Shown: piece after piece, positions 18,042 to 26,167 of the stretch
How the letters are laid out: every line of letters begins with the position of its first letter
Numbering within the stretch: position 1 is the first letter of the stretch
Source of the DNA: Anaerolineae bacterium
GTDB lineage: Bacteria; Chloroflexota; Anaerolineae; S016-19
Length of the DNA stretch: 53,838 bases
Direction: 5' to 3'
NCBI GenBank assembly: GCA_027016315.1
Contig: JALWAP010000283.1
Span: 1-53,838, forward strand
Translations under genes and position numbers: made by a program
Notes under the pieces: generated by a model
The model's input: the letters and a program-made list of their open reading frames with translations, nothing else
Told to the model about the DNA's origin: nothing
Database searches by the model: none

Positions 18042-18135
18042 GAAGGCAGCGTTCCCTGCGTCCCCCGGCTCTCTCCCGCTTTGAGATAGCGTACGACGCC
18101 AACGTGGATGCGGCTGTTACCTCTGTTGGGATTTC

Positions 18136-18164
18136 TTGGTGCGCCTGGGACATTCTGGTATACT
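18136..18164 (+). promoter_or_regulatory. Candidate promoter, TTGGTG-N17-TATACT, with a TGn extended -10
   Basis: Hexamers at 18136-18141 and 18159-18164, upstream of plsY. Confidence 0.4.
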
Positions 18165-18221
18165 TTCCACGAATCACCCTACGCCTTTGGCGAGGGGATT
18201 TTGTGTTGGAGGCGTGCGAGA

Positions 18222-18842
18222 ATGGGTCTTTCCTTTCCCTTGCAACTGGTGATATCGGTGTTGTTGGGGTATTTCTTGGGTTCGATCCCATCGGGGTTCA
18301 TCATAGGGAAGCTCCATGGAGTGGATGTCAGGCAACATGCAAGCGGCAGAACCGGCGGGACGAACGTCTGGCGTGCAGCCGGTCTGAGGGCAGCGCTCAT
18401 CACCGTGGTGGGCGACATCGTGAAAGGTCTCCTCGCCGTGCTGTTGGTGAAGTGGATGTTCGGATGGGAGCTGGCAGCCGCACTTTCGGGAGCCGCTGCC
18501 GTCATCGGGCACAATTGGTCGATCTTCCTCGATTTTCGTGGCGGCGCCGGCGGGATAACCTCCGGAGCAGCGCTGGTGGCGCTGAACCCGCTCCTCGGGG
18601 GAATAGTGGTCGTTCTTGCTTTGCTGGGGCTTTATTTGAGCCATTACGCTTCCGTGGCGACCCTCACGGTGACCGCGGGCGGGTTCGTTGTAGCGGCGAT
18701 AGCGTACCTGCTCTTCCCGGGCTCGGTGCATCTCCCGCTGGTGTACTTCAGCGCGATAGCCGGGGCAGCCGCTGTGTGGTCGTTGAGGCCGAACATAAAT
18801 CGCCTGATTCACGGTAACGAGAGGAGAATCACCCTGTGGTAG
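18222..18842 (+). CDS. plsY: Glycerol-3-phosphate acyltransferase (acyl-phosphate dependent)
   Basis: 206 aa counted from ATG 18222. Motifs LGSIPSGFIIGK, SGRTGGTNVWR and IGHNWSIFL. Confidence 0.9.
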   Translation: MGLSFPLQLVISVLLGYFLGSIPSGFIIGKLHGVDVRQHASGRTGGTNVWRAAGLRAALITVVGDIVKGLLAVLLVKWMFGWELAAALSGAAAVIGHNWSIFLDFRGGAGGITSGAALVALNPLLGGIVVVLALLGLYLSHYASVATLTVTAGGFVVAAIAYLLFPGSVHLPLVYFSAIAGAAAVWSLRPNINRLIHGNERRITLW

Positions 18843-18870
18843 GCTCTGCTGCAAAGGAACGGCCCTGACG

Positions 18871-19791
18871 ATGGAAAGGGACATCCCCGTTTTGTTCGTC
18901 GTAAACCCATACGCCGGGCACTGGCGCGTGCGCCGGGAGTGGCCCGGGCTTCTGGAAAGGTTCCGCTCTTTTTTCACGGATATGCGTTATGAGATGACCA
19001 AATCGCAGGAGGATTTCCTGCGGATCGTGGAGGAGGCGTCCGCGGCAGGAGCCAAGGTGCTGGTGCCGGTCGGTGGGGATGGTACGGTGCATTGGACGAT
19101 AAACGCCGTGGTGAAGCTGGGGTTGCTCGAGGAGATGAGCATCTTCCCGTTCCAGGTGGGCACGGGTGGGGATTGGAGCCGTTCGTTGGGGCTCCCGTCT
19201 GGGTACGAAGCAAGGCTTCGGGCCCTTCCAGCGCTGCGTCCGCACAAGGTCGATCTGCTGAAAGTGGACATCGATTCGGGAACGAGGTACGTGGCAAACG
19301 TCGGGAGCGTTGGGCTCGGCGGGGATGTGGTGGCGGAAGTGCAGGAACATGAAAGGCGGCCGCCGTGGATTTACCTCGGGGCGGTCGTCCATTCCCTCAG
19401 GAAAGCCAATCCTGCACGGATTTCGGTGAGGATCGATGGCAGGGAGTGGTTCGAGGGGGCCATCCTCGCTCTTGCGGTGGCCAACGGCCCGGTTTTCGGC
19501 CGCGGGATTCCGATTGCCCCGCACGCCAGAATGGACGACGGGCTTGCTGATGTAATCCTCATCAGGCACATGCCATTTGCGAAATCCCTCCTTTCGCTGC
19601 CGCTTCTCTACGCTCGCCAGCACCTGCGGTTGAAGGAAGTGTCCTCCAAAAAAGTCGTTTCTGTGGAAGTGAATGAGCTCGATGGAGCCATGAAGATGGA
19701 ACTGGATGGAGAATACGCCGAGGCCTCTCGGGCGGAGTTTTCCATCGTTCCATCCTCTCTTACTGTCTGGCTTCCAGGAGGGAACCCATGA
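18871..19791 (+). CDS. Diacylglycerol/lipid kinase family protein (YegS/BmrU-like)
   Basis: 306 aa. Catalytic-domain motif PVGGDGTV and the N-terminus FVVNPYAG. Confidence 0.85.
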   Translation: MERDIPVLFVVNPYAGHWRVRREWPGLLERFRSFFTDMRYEMTKSQEDFLRIVEEASAAGAKVLVPVGGDGTVHWTINAVVKLGLLEEMSIFPFQVGTGGDWSRSLGLPSGYEARLRALPALRPHKVDLLKVDIDSGTRYVANVGSVGLGGDVVAEVQEHERRPPWIYLGAVVHSLRKANPARISVRIDGREWFEGAILALAVANGPVFGRGIPIAPHARMDDGLADVILIRHMPFAKSLLSLPLLYARQHLRLKEVSSKKVVSVEVNELDGAMKMELDGEYAEASRAEFSIVPSSLTVWLPGGNP

Positions 19792-22346
19792 TCCCGCGAA
19801 AGCTGTACCTGCGAAATTTCATGTCCTACCACGAACCTGTGGAAGTGGATTTCAGGGGGATACACCTGGCTTGCCTTTCCGGGGACAACGGCAACGGCAA
19901 GTCGGCGCTCCTCGATTCCATAACCTGGGCGCTTTGGGGTAAGGCGCGCACCAGGAGCGACGACGATTTGATCCACATGGGCGAAACGGAAATGGAGGTC
20001 GCCCTGGAGTTCGAGATAAATCGGCGGCTCTACAAAGTGGTCAGAAGGCGGGAGAAGCGGGGTAAGACCGGGTACAGTTTCATGGCGGTCTACGGCCACG
20101 ATGGAGAGAAATTCTCACTGCTTTCGGAAGGAGTGCGGGAAACCGAGGAATACATCAGGAACCTCCTCCGGATGGATTACGACACGTTCATAAATTCGGC
20201 GTTCATCCTGCAGGGGCGGGCGGACGAATTCACCACACAATCGCCTGCGAAGCGAAAGGAAATCCTGGGCGAAATCCTCGACCTCGGCATCTACAGCGAG
20301 TACGAGGAGATCGTCAAAGAAGAGCTTGGGGAGCTCAAAGCCAGGCTTCAACTGATCGAAGGCGAACTTCTTTCGATCGAAAAAGAGGTGGAGAAAGAGC
20401 CTTTATGGGCCGAGAAGGAGCAGGAAGCCCGTCGGCTTCATTCCAGGCTGAAGAAAGAGCTCACCAGGGCCGAGAAAGAGCTGGAAGTACTCAAGAAGTC
20501 GGTCAGGGTGCTCGAAGAGCGAAAGAAACTGGTGGACGATCAGAAACGGACTCTCTCCAACCGTCGGAAAGACCTTTCGGAGATCGAGGAGGAGATTGAG
20601 TCTCTGAAAGCCCGGATTGCCGAGGCGGAGTCCGTGATATCCGGGAAAGAAGAGATCGAGAAAAGCTACGCCGTCCTTACCCAGGCGAGAGAGAAGTACG
20701 AGCGGATGAACTCCCTCCTGCAACAGAAAGCCCGGCTCGAAAGGACGCTGGCACGCCAGGAACAGGCCATCGCCGAGGCCAAAGCAGCTTTGGAGGCCAA
20801 CCGAAAGAACCTGCTCGACAAAATCGGGGAACTCGAGGGGGAACTGGCAAAGAGGGAATCCGTCGAGGAGGCGAGGGTGGAGGCGGCGAAGGAGCTCGAT
20901 GGGGTGGCGGAGCTGGAGAAATCGCTGGAAGAGCTGTTGTCCCGCCAGCAGGAGCTACAGCAAGAGCGGGGCGCTCTGGATGCCGCCGAGTCGCAGATAA
21001 AGCAGGAGAAAAAGTCGCTTAAAGAGCGTGCTCGCCTGCTCCAGGAATCCCAAAAGCCGGTATGCCCGGTTTGCGGCAGCCCATTGACGCCTGAACACAG
21101 GCAGAAAATACTGGAGGATTTCGAGGCAGAGCAGCAGGAGCTATCCGAAAGGTACCGTCAGAACCGGTCTCGGATGAAGGCTCTGGACGACGAGATCAGA
21201 GCCCTCTCTGGAAAGATACGTTCCTTACAGGCGGAGATACGGTCTCGGAAGGAGAAAGCGCAGCGGAAACTGAACGGCGCCGAAGTCTCTCTGGAGCGTT
21301 TGAGCCAGGCCGCTGAGGAGCTCGAGAAACGCCGGAAGCAGCTTGCTAGCCTGGAGGAGAAACTGGAGAAAGGGACTTACGCTGAGTTAGCCCAAAAGGA
21401 GCGCCAAAAGGCTTTGGCTTCGCTCGAGAGCCTTGGATACAGTCAGGAGGAGCACGACAGCCTTCGGCAGCAGATCGAGAGCCTGAAAGGCGTGGAGGAT
21501 GCGTACGCGGCTCTGAAGATGGCCGAGGAGAGGCTCGAGCGGGATTCTGCGCTGTTGACTCAGCGTGAGGCTCAGGCTGCAAGGTGGCGGGTGGAAATAG
21601 AAGCGCTGCAGGAACAGATAGAGAACCTGGAAGAGGGGCTGCGAGGGCTTCCTGAGGCGCAAAACGAGTTGCGTCGGAAGGAATCGGAGCTGAAGCGGTT
21701 GGAAAACGAAACCATAGCCGCCAGGGACGAATTGACCAGAGCGCGCCAGCAACTGGATACGATCCAAAAGCAGAAGAAGCGGTATGAAGAGCTTCGAATG
21801 AAGCGGGACGAGCTACGTGAAGAAATCGACCTCTACAAAGAGCTTCAGGTGGCGTTTGGGAAGAAAGGCGTGCAGGCTCTGGTGATCGAGTCTGCCCTCC
21901 CGGAGATACAGGCGGAAGCCAATCAGCTCCTTTCGAGGATGACCGGCGGGCGGATGTCCCTCACGCTGGAAACCCAAAGGGAGACCAAAAAGGGGGAGCC
22001 TAAGGAGACGCTGGACGTGATCATCTCCGACGAACTCGGGCCGAGGAAGTACGAGCTTTTCTCCGGTGGGGAGGCGTTCCGGGTGGATTTCGCCCTCCGG
22101 GTTGCGCTGAGCAAAGTCCTCGCCCGGCGCGCCGGCGCCCAACTCCAGACACTGGTGATCGACGAGGGGTTCGGTTCTCAAGATGCCGTGGGCAGGCAGC
22201 GTCTCGTTGAGGCGATAAACGCCATCAAGGATGATTTCGCCCTGATCCTGGTGATCACCCACATCGAAGAGCTCCGGGACCTCTTCCAGGTGCGGATCGA
22301 TGTCACGAAAGATCGTTCCGGTTCCCACGTGGAGATAGTCGGGTAG
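19788..22346 (+). CDS. sbcC: SbcC/Rad50-family ATPase with a long coiled coil and a CxxC zinc hook
   Basis: 852 aa. Walker A GDNGNGKSALLD, central hook CPVCGSPL, signature FSGGEAFRV and Walker B TLVIDEGFGSQD. ATGA overlap with the kinase gene. Confidence 0.85.
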   Translation: MIPRKLYLRNFMSYHEPVEVDFRGIHLACLSGDNGNGKSALLDSITWALWGKARTRSDDDLIHMGETEMEVALEFEINRRLYKVVRRREKRGKTGYSFMAVYGHDGEKFSLLSEGVRETEEYIRNLLRMDYDTFINSAFILQGRADEFTTQSPAKRKEILGEILDLGIYSEYEEIVKEELGELKARLQLIEGELLSIEKEVEKEPLWAEKEQEARRLHSRLKKELTRAEKELEVLKKSVRVLEERKKLVDDQKRTLSNRRKDLSEIEEEIESLKARIAEAESVISGKEEIEKSYAVLTQAREKYERMNSLLQQKARLERTLARQEQAIAEAKAALEANRKNLLDKIGELEGELAKRESVEEARVEAAKELDGVAELEKSLEELLSRQQELQQERGALDAAESQIKQEKKSLKERARLLQESQKPVCPVCGSPLTPEHRQKILEDFEAEQQELSERYRQNRSRMKALDDEIRALSGKIRSLQAEIRSRKEKAQRKLNGAEVSLERLSQAAEELEKRRKQLASLEEKLEKGTYAELAQKERQKALASLESLGYSQEEHDSLRQQIESLKGVEDAYAALKMAEERLERDSALLTQREAQAARWRVEIEALQEQIENLEEGLRGLPEAQNELRRKESELKRLENETIAARDELTRARQQLDTIQKQKKRYEELRMKRDELREEIDLYKELQVAFGKKGVQALVIESALPEIQAEANQLLSRMTGGRMSLTLETQRETKKGEPKETLDVIISDELGPRKYELFSGGEAFRVDFALRVALSKVLARRAGAQLQTLVIDEGFGSQDAVGRQRLVEAINAIKDDFALILVITHIEELRDLFQVRIDVTKDRSGSHVEIVG

Positions 22347-22351
22347 ATCTC

Positions 22352-23134
22352 TCATGCTCCCGGCAGTATCCCCACAGCTTTCCGAATCTCCTTTTCGTAA
22401 GAAACGAACCCAGGGGATTCGATCACGTCGAGCCCCCTGGGGCGAGGCAGGTCTATCGAAATTTCGCGGATGATCCTGGCGGGACGTGGGGACAGGATCA
22501 ATACCCGATCTGCCAGCATGACCGCTTCCGTGATGCTGTGGGTCACCATCACCACCGTCTGTCCGTAGTGCCTCCAGAGTTTGAGGAGTTCCATGTTGAG
22601 CCGCTCCCGCGTCATCGCATCCAGCGATGCGAACGGCTCGTCCAGGAGCAACATCTTCGGCTTCTGGATAATGACCCGCGCAAGCGCGACCCGTTGTTTC
22701 ATGCCGCCGGAAAGTTGCGACGGATAGGAATGTTCGAACCCCTCCAACCCCACCTGCCTGACGAGCTCCAGAGCCCGTTCCCTTGCCCGTGCTTTCGGGA
22801 CGCCGCGAATCTCGAGCGGCAAGGTTACGTTGCTCAATGCCGTCCGCCAGGGCATCAGGTTGGATTGCTGGAACAGAAACCCTACGTCTGTCCTGGGGCC
22901 GTGTATTGCTTCTCCGGCGAACAAAACTTTCCCCCCTGACGGCCTGAGCAGCCCCCCGAGGATGCGGAGCAAGGTGCTCTTGCCGCATCCTGAAGGGCCT
23001 ATTATCACCAGAAACTCCCCATCCGACGCCCCAAACGTGATGCCGTCCAGCACCGGCAGCGGGTTGTCGTTCTGGTCGAGGAAGTAATGGGAGACTTCCT
23101 CCACGCTCAGTATCCTGTCATCTTCCTGCTTCAT
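22352..23134 (-). CDS. ABC transporter ATP-binding protein (NitT/TauT family)
   Basis: 260 aa counted from ATG 23134. Walker A GPSGCGKST, signature LSGGMKQR, Walker B LLLDEPF. Confidence 0.9.
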   Translation of the reverse strand: MKQEDDRILSVEEVSHYFLDQNDNPLPVLDGITFGASDGEFLVIIGPSGCGKSTLLRILGGLLRPSGGKVLFAGEAIHGPRTDVGFLFQQSNLMPWRTALSNVTLPLEIRGVPKARARERALELVRQVGLEGFEHSYPSQLSGGMKQRVALARVIIQKPKMLLLDEPFASLDAMTRERLNMELLKLWRHYGQTVVMVTHSITEAVMLADRVLILSPRPARIIREISIDLPRPRGLDVIESPGFVSYEKEIRKAVGILPGA

Positions 23135-24111
23135 CTGACGAACTCGTTTGTGTAACAGGATTTCGGATCGACTGGCCTGTCCACGAGATGGGATTTCTCC
23201 ATGAATTTCGTGGTTGCTTCCCACGATGCCGGGTCGGATAAGCCGAGTTCCCCTCCTTTGACTCGCCAGAGCTTCAGCACTTCGTCGAACATCGCCCTGT
23301 TGACTTTTTTCTGCTCTTCGTCCTTTCCAGCTTCCGGCGCGTATTTCAGGCTTATCTTGAAAGCCTCGTCCGGGTTGGAGAGGGTGTCCTTCAGACCACA
23401 CAAAGTGGCGTGGACCATCGCCTTGACCAGATCCGGGTGCTTGCGGATCATCGTTTCGTTGGTGATGATTCCGTTGGATGGCAGGTCGATGTAGTCGGAA
23501 ACGAAGATTACGTTGACTTTCTTGCCCGCCATCCGCAATCGCAGCGGCCCGCTGACGTAGTAGTCCAGTGCGGCATCGACTTTCCCCGTGCTGACAGCGG
23601 TCGCCTGGGTGTATCCGATGGACTCGAGCGTGACTTTGCTCTCGTCTATTCCCGCCGAATAGACCAGCGCTTTCCACCCGATGTAGCTGGCACCGTAAAG
23701 CCCTGGGATTCCCAGTGTCTTTCCCTCCAGGTCTTTGGGTTTGGTTATGCCTTTCTCTTTCAGCGAGAAGACCACGACGGGGAATTTCCGGTACCACTGC
23801 ATGACGTAAGTCACCGGCAAACCCTGACTTCGCCCCAGGACCACCTCTTCTCCGCTGCCGACCATGAAAGGTATCTGATTCGTTCCTACGAGCTTGACCA
23901 GGTCGGACTCCATGCCGTACTTGAAGTTGACCTTGATCCCTTCCTTTGCGTAGTAGCCTTTCTCCACGGCCACGTAGAACGGCGCGAACTGCACGCTCGG
24001 TATGTAGCCCATTGCCAGGGTTGTTTCTTTTGGCTGCTTTTTCCCGCCACATGACGCAGGGAAAAGCATTGCCGATATCAGAAGTGCGACCAACAGTATC
24101 CTTCTGTGCAT
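23131..24111 (-). CDS. ABC substrate-binding protein, NMT1/THI5-like (candidate riboflavin-binding RibY-type)
   Basis: 326 aa counted from ATG 24111, with RBS GGAGGG. Signal peptide with Cys (FPASCGG). NitT/TauT-type SBP fold signature GYIPSVQFAPFYVA. FMN riboswitch context. Confidence 0.8.
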   Translation of the reverse strand: MHRRILLVALLISAMLFPASCGGKKQPKETTLAMGYIPSVQFAPFYVAVEKGYYAKEGIKVNFKYGMESDLVKLVGTNQIPFMVGSGEEVVLGRSQGLPVTYVMQWYRKFPVVVFSLKEKGITKPKDLEGKTLGIPGLYGASYIGWKALVYSAGIDESKVTLESIGYTQATAVSTGKVDAALDYYVSGPLRLRMAGKKVNVIFVSDYIDLPSNGIITNETMIRKHPDLVKAMVHATLCGLKDTLSNPDEAFKISLKYAPEAGKDEEQKKVNRAMFDEVLKLWRVKGGELGLSDPASWEATTKFMEKSHLVDRPVDPKSCYTNEFVR

Positions 24112-24131
24112 CGAACGACCCTCCATTGTTT

Positions 24132-24965
24132 TCATTTTGCCCTCTGCCATCGCAGAAGCACCCTTTCCAGCAGCACCACGGAAAGGTACATCAGCAAAGC
24201 TATCACCACCAGGGTGAAGATCACGACGAAAAGCAGTGGGGTGTCCAGCGTGCCCTTGGCCACGTTGATCAGGAACCCCAATCCTCTATCGGCGCCGATG
24301 AACTCTCCCACGACTGCGCCTATCACCGCCAGGGTCACGCTGACCTTGAACCCGCCCAGGAGCACTGGCATCGAAGCGGGAATCTCCAGCATCGTCAGTG
24401 TCTGCCACCGGGAGGCGTTCAGCGATCTCATCAAATCCCGCAGGTCTCTGTCCACCGATCTTATCCCGACCAAAGTGTTCACCAGAGTCGGGAAGAAAAC
24501 CGTCAGGGCGCAGATTATCACTTTGGACGTGCTCCCGAATCCAAACCATATGATGAAGAGTGGTGCGATGGCGATCACCGGTATGGATTGGGAAGCCACG
24601 ATGTATGGAGCGAGCAGGTGCTCCAGCAGCCTGGATTTTGCCAACAGGTATCCAGTGGCGGTTGCCGTGTCAAGTCCTAGCGCCAATCCAAGGACGATCT
24701 CTTTCAGCGTGAAGACGGTATGGTAGAGCAGGCTCCCATCCTGGAGCATCAAGAGGAACTTCCTGGCCACGTCGGCTGGAGCAGGAAGGACGAACGGGGG
24801 ATAGTGGTAGAAGCTCACCATCCCCTGCCACAGGAGCAGCAACAGAAGCAATCCAACCGGGAATGAGAGGTATTCCCCGTATCTCTCCAGCCACCTTACA
24901 AGTGGCTTGCGCTTTCGGTTTCTGTAGCTTTCCGCCGCCCTGAAAACGATGTCGTTCAGCGTCAT
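24132..24965 (-). CDS. ABC transporter permease (NitT/TauT family; candidate RibX-type)
   Basis: 277 aa counted from ATG 24965, with RBS GGAGGGG. Six TM segments and an EAA-like loop (RSVDRDLRDLMRSLNAS). Confidence 0.85.
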   Translation of the reverse strand: MTLNDIVFRAAESYRNRKRKPLVRWLERYGEYLSFPVGLLLLLLLWQGMVSFYHYPPFVLPAPADVARKFLLMLQDGSLLYHTVFTLKEIVLGLALGLDTATATGYLLAKSRLLEHLLAPYIVASQSIPVIAIAPLFIIWFGFGSTSKVIICALTVFFPTLVNTLVGIRSVDRDLRDLMRSLNASRWQTLTMLEIPASMPVLLGGFKVSVTLAVIGAVVGEFIGADRGLGFLINVAKGTLDTPLLFVVIFTLVVIALLMYLSVVLLERVLLRWQRAK

Positions 24966-24985
24966 TTTCTTCCCCTCCACAAACT

Positions 24986-25013
24986 AAAAAACCCCGGAGC
25001 TTTCCCTCCGGGG
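24986..25013 (-). terminator. Second intrinsic terminator in the FMN leader
   Basis: On the minus strand: CCCCGGAG-GGAAAG-CTCCGGGG followed by TTTTTT, ending about 20 nt before the permease ATG. Confidence 0.65.
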
Positions 25014-25056
25014 TCGAAAGAACATGCGCAGGCGGCTCCTGGAAGTTCCCGCAAAG

Positions 25057-25084
25057 AAAAAACCCGGAAGCGGGAACCTCCGGG
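25057..25084 (-). terminator. First intrinsic terminator (expression platform of the FMN riboswitch)
   Basis: On the minus strand: CCCGGA-GGTTCCCGCT-TCCGGG followed by TTTTTT, about 40 nt after the aptamer. Confidence 0.7.
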
Positions 25085-25122
25085 ATGCCTCGAGCGCGCG
25101 CCAGAACGCCGCTCTTTCTTTC

Positions 25123-25269
25123 ACCTTCTCCCATCCGGACTATACCGTCGGCTCTGGCTTTGCCTGAACGGCGCACCAGATCAGCCCCCGCAGGGGCTCG
25201 CGGGCTCGGTGCTACGCACCCTACCGCCGGTCGGGAATTGGCCGAAAAGCCTCACCCTGCCCCGAAGGT
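25123..25269 (-). promoter_or_regulatory. FMN riboswitch (RFN element) aptamer
   Basis: The minus strand reads ACCTTCGGGGCAGGGTG...AATTCCCGACCGGCGGTA...AGCCCGCGAGC...GCCGACGGTATAGTCCGGATGGGAGAAGGT. This matches the conserved RFN blocks of the B. subtilis ribD leader, with P1 formed by ACCTTC/GAAGGT. Confidence 0.9.
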
Positions 25270-25310
25270 CTCATATTCGGTTGTCTTCCAAAGAATTTGC
25301 TCTGTCCCAA

Positions 25311-25338
25311 ATTATACGTCGCAAGGCGCGGGTGTCAA
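25311..25338 (-). promoter_or_regulatory. Promoter, TTGACA-N16-TATAAT, driving the FMN leader
   Basis: Exact consensus hexamers (reverse complements of 25333-25338 and 25311-25316). Confidence 0.65.
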
Positions 25339-25409
25339 ATTTCCATGACGGAATGCCATGGCACCTCGTCATTCGCCTCGCCGATGGACGGTTTTGGAAC
25401 GTTCTATCT

Positions 25410-25931
25410 TCAGACTTCCCTGCCGCCTTTGAGGGAATCCTGCAGTTCTTTGAGTTCCTCCCACTTGCCTTCGGCGGCAAGCGCAGCCTGCCTGGGCCAG
25501 GTGGTCGGGTCTGCAAGCCTGAACCGCGATCCGGCTTTTTCCAGCACTTCTTTCAGGGTATCAATATCGGCCGAGGCCAGGTCCTTGTACGTGCGAATTC
25601 CGGCTTCGTGGAGGAGTTTTTCGATCTTCGGGCCGATCCCTTCGATTACTTTTAGATCGTCGAACTTCGCCTCGGTTTCTGCTGGGATGGGTTCGGGAGC
25701 GGGCACTTGAGGGATCTCCTCAACACGCTCTACCTCCTCGGCGGGCTTCTCCTTTTTGCTGAGCACCCACATGATCCAGAGCACGATGAGCAAGATGAGG
25801 AGGATTAGCACCACCCAACCCCACCAGGGCGATTCTTTGCTCTGGTCTTTCTGAGCACTTGGGGAAGAAAAGCCTGCCAGCAACGGCACGGCGAAAAGGA
25901 ACAATGAGAACAAACGGGCTTTGTGTTTCAT
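25410..25931 (-). CDS. Membrane-anchored protein with a C-terminal helix-hairpin-helix (COG3743/DUF4332-like) domain
   Basis: 173 aa counted from ATG 25931, with RBS AGGAGG. Signal/TM segment, a second TM, an acidic linker, then LKVIEGIGPKIEKLLHEAGIRTYKDLA. Confidence 0.65.
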   Translation of the reverse strand: MKHKARLFSLFLFAVPLLAGFSSPSAQKDQSKESPWWGWVVLILLILLIVLWIMWVLSKKEKPAEEVERVEEIPQVPAPEPIPAETEAKFDDLKVIEGIGPKIEKLLHEAGIRTYKDLASADIDTLKEVLEKAGSRFRLADPTTWPRQAALAAEGKWEELKELQDSLKGGREV

Positions 25932-25994
25932 CTGTACCTCCTGGTAACAACTCGGCCTAAAAGATGGCCTGTAAGGTTGGTTCACATCGACTGT

Positions 25995-26023
25995 AATATA
26001 CCGTTTGCTTTCAGCATTGTCAA
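25995..26023 (-). promoter_or_regulatory. Promoter, TTGACA-N17-TATATT
   Basis: The hexamers are the reverse complements of 26018-26023 and 25995-26000, upstream of the HhH membrane protein gene. Confidence 0.55.
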
Positions 26024-26061
26024 ATAAAACGGACTCCTGGTCTGTGGTATGGTGCGGAAGT

Positions 26062-26090
26062 TTTACGCGTAAGCAGCTATGTGCTATAAT
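26062..26090 (+). promoter_or_regulatory. Promoter, TTTACG-N17-TATAAT, with a TGc extended -10
   Basis: Hexamers at 26062-26067 and 26085-26090, upstream of tig. Confidence 0.5.
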
Positions 26091-26167
26091 CCCCACGGAC
26101 TTGACTTATTACTCGAAAATAAAGGTGCCGGGCTTCTGAGTCCGGCATCAAGTTTGAGGAGAGAAAG

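Noticed and set aside
24981-25270. The leader of the ABC operon was first considered as a TPP (thi-box), cobalamin or guanidine-I riboswitch, because NMT1/THI5-like binding proteins and NitT/TauT transporters are often under those
   Set aside because: No CTGAGA/ACCTGATCTGGATAATGCCAGCG core, no B12 core (GGGAA..GGTGAAA..CC) and no ykkC blocks are present. The sequence matches the RFN (FMN) consensus block by block instead.
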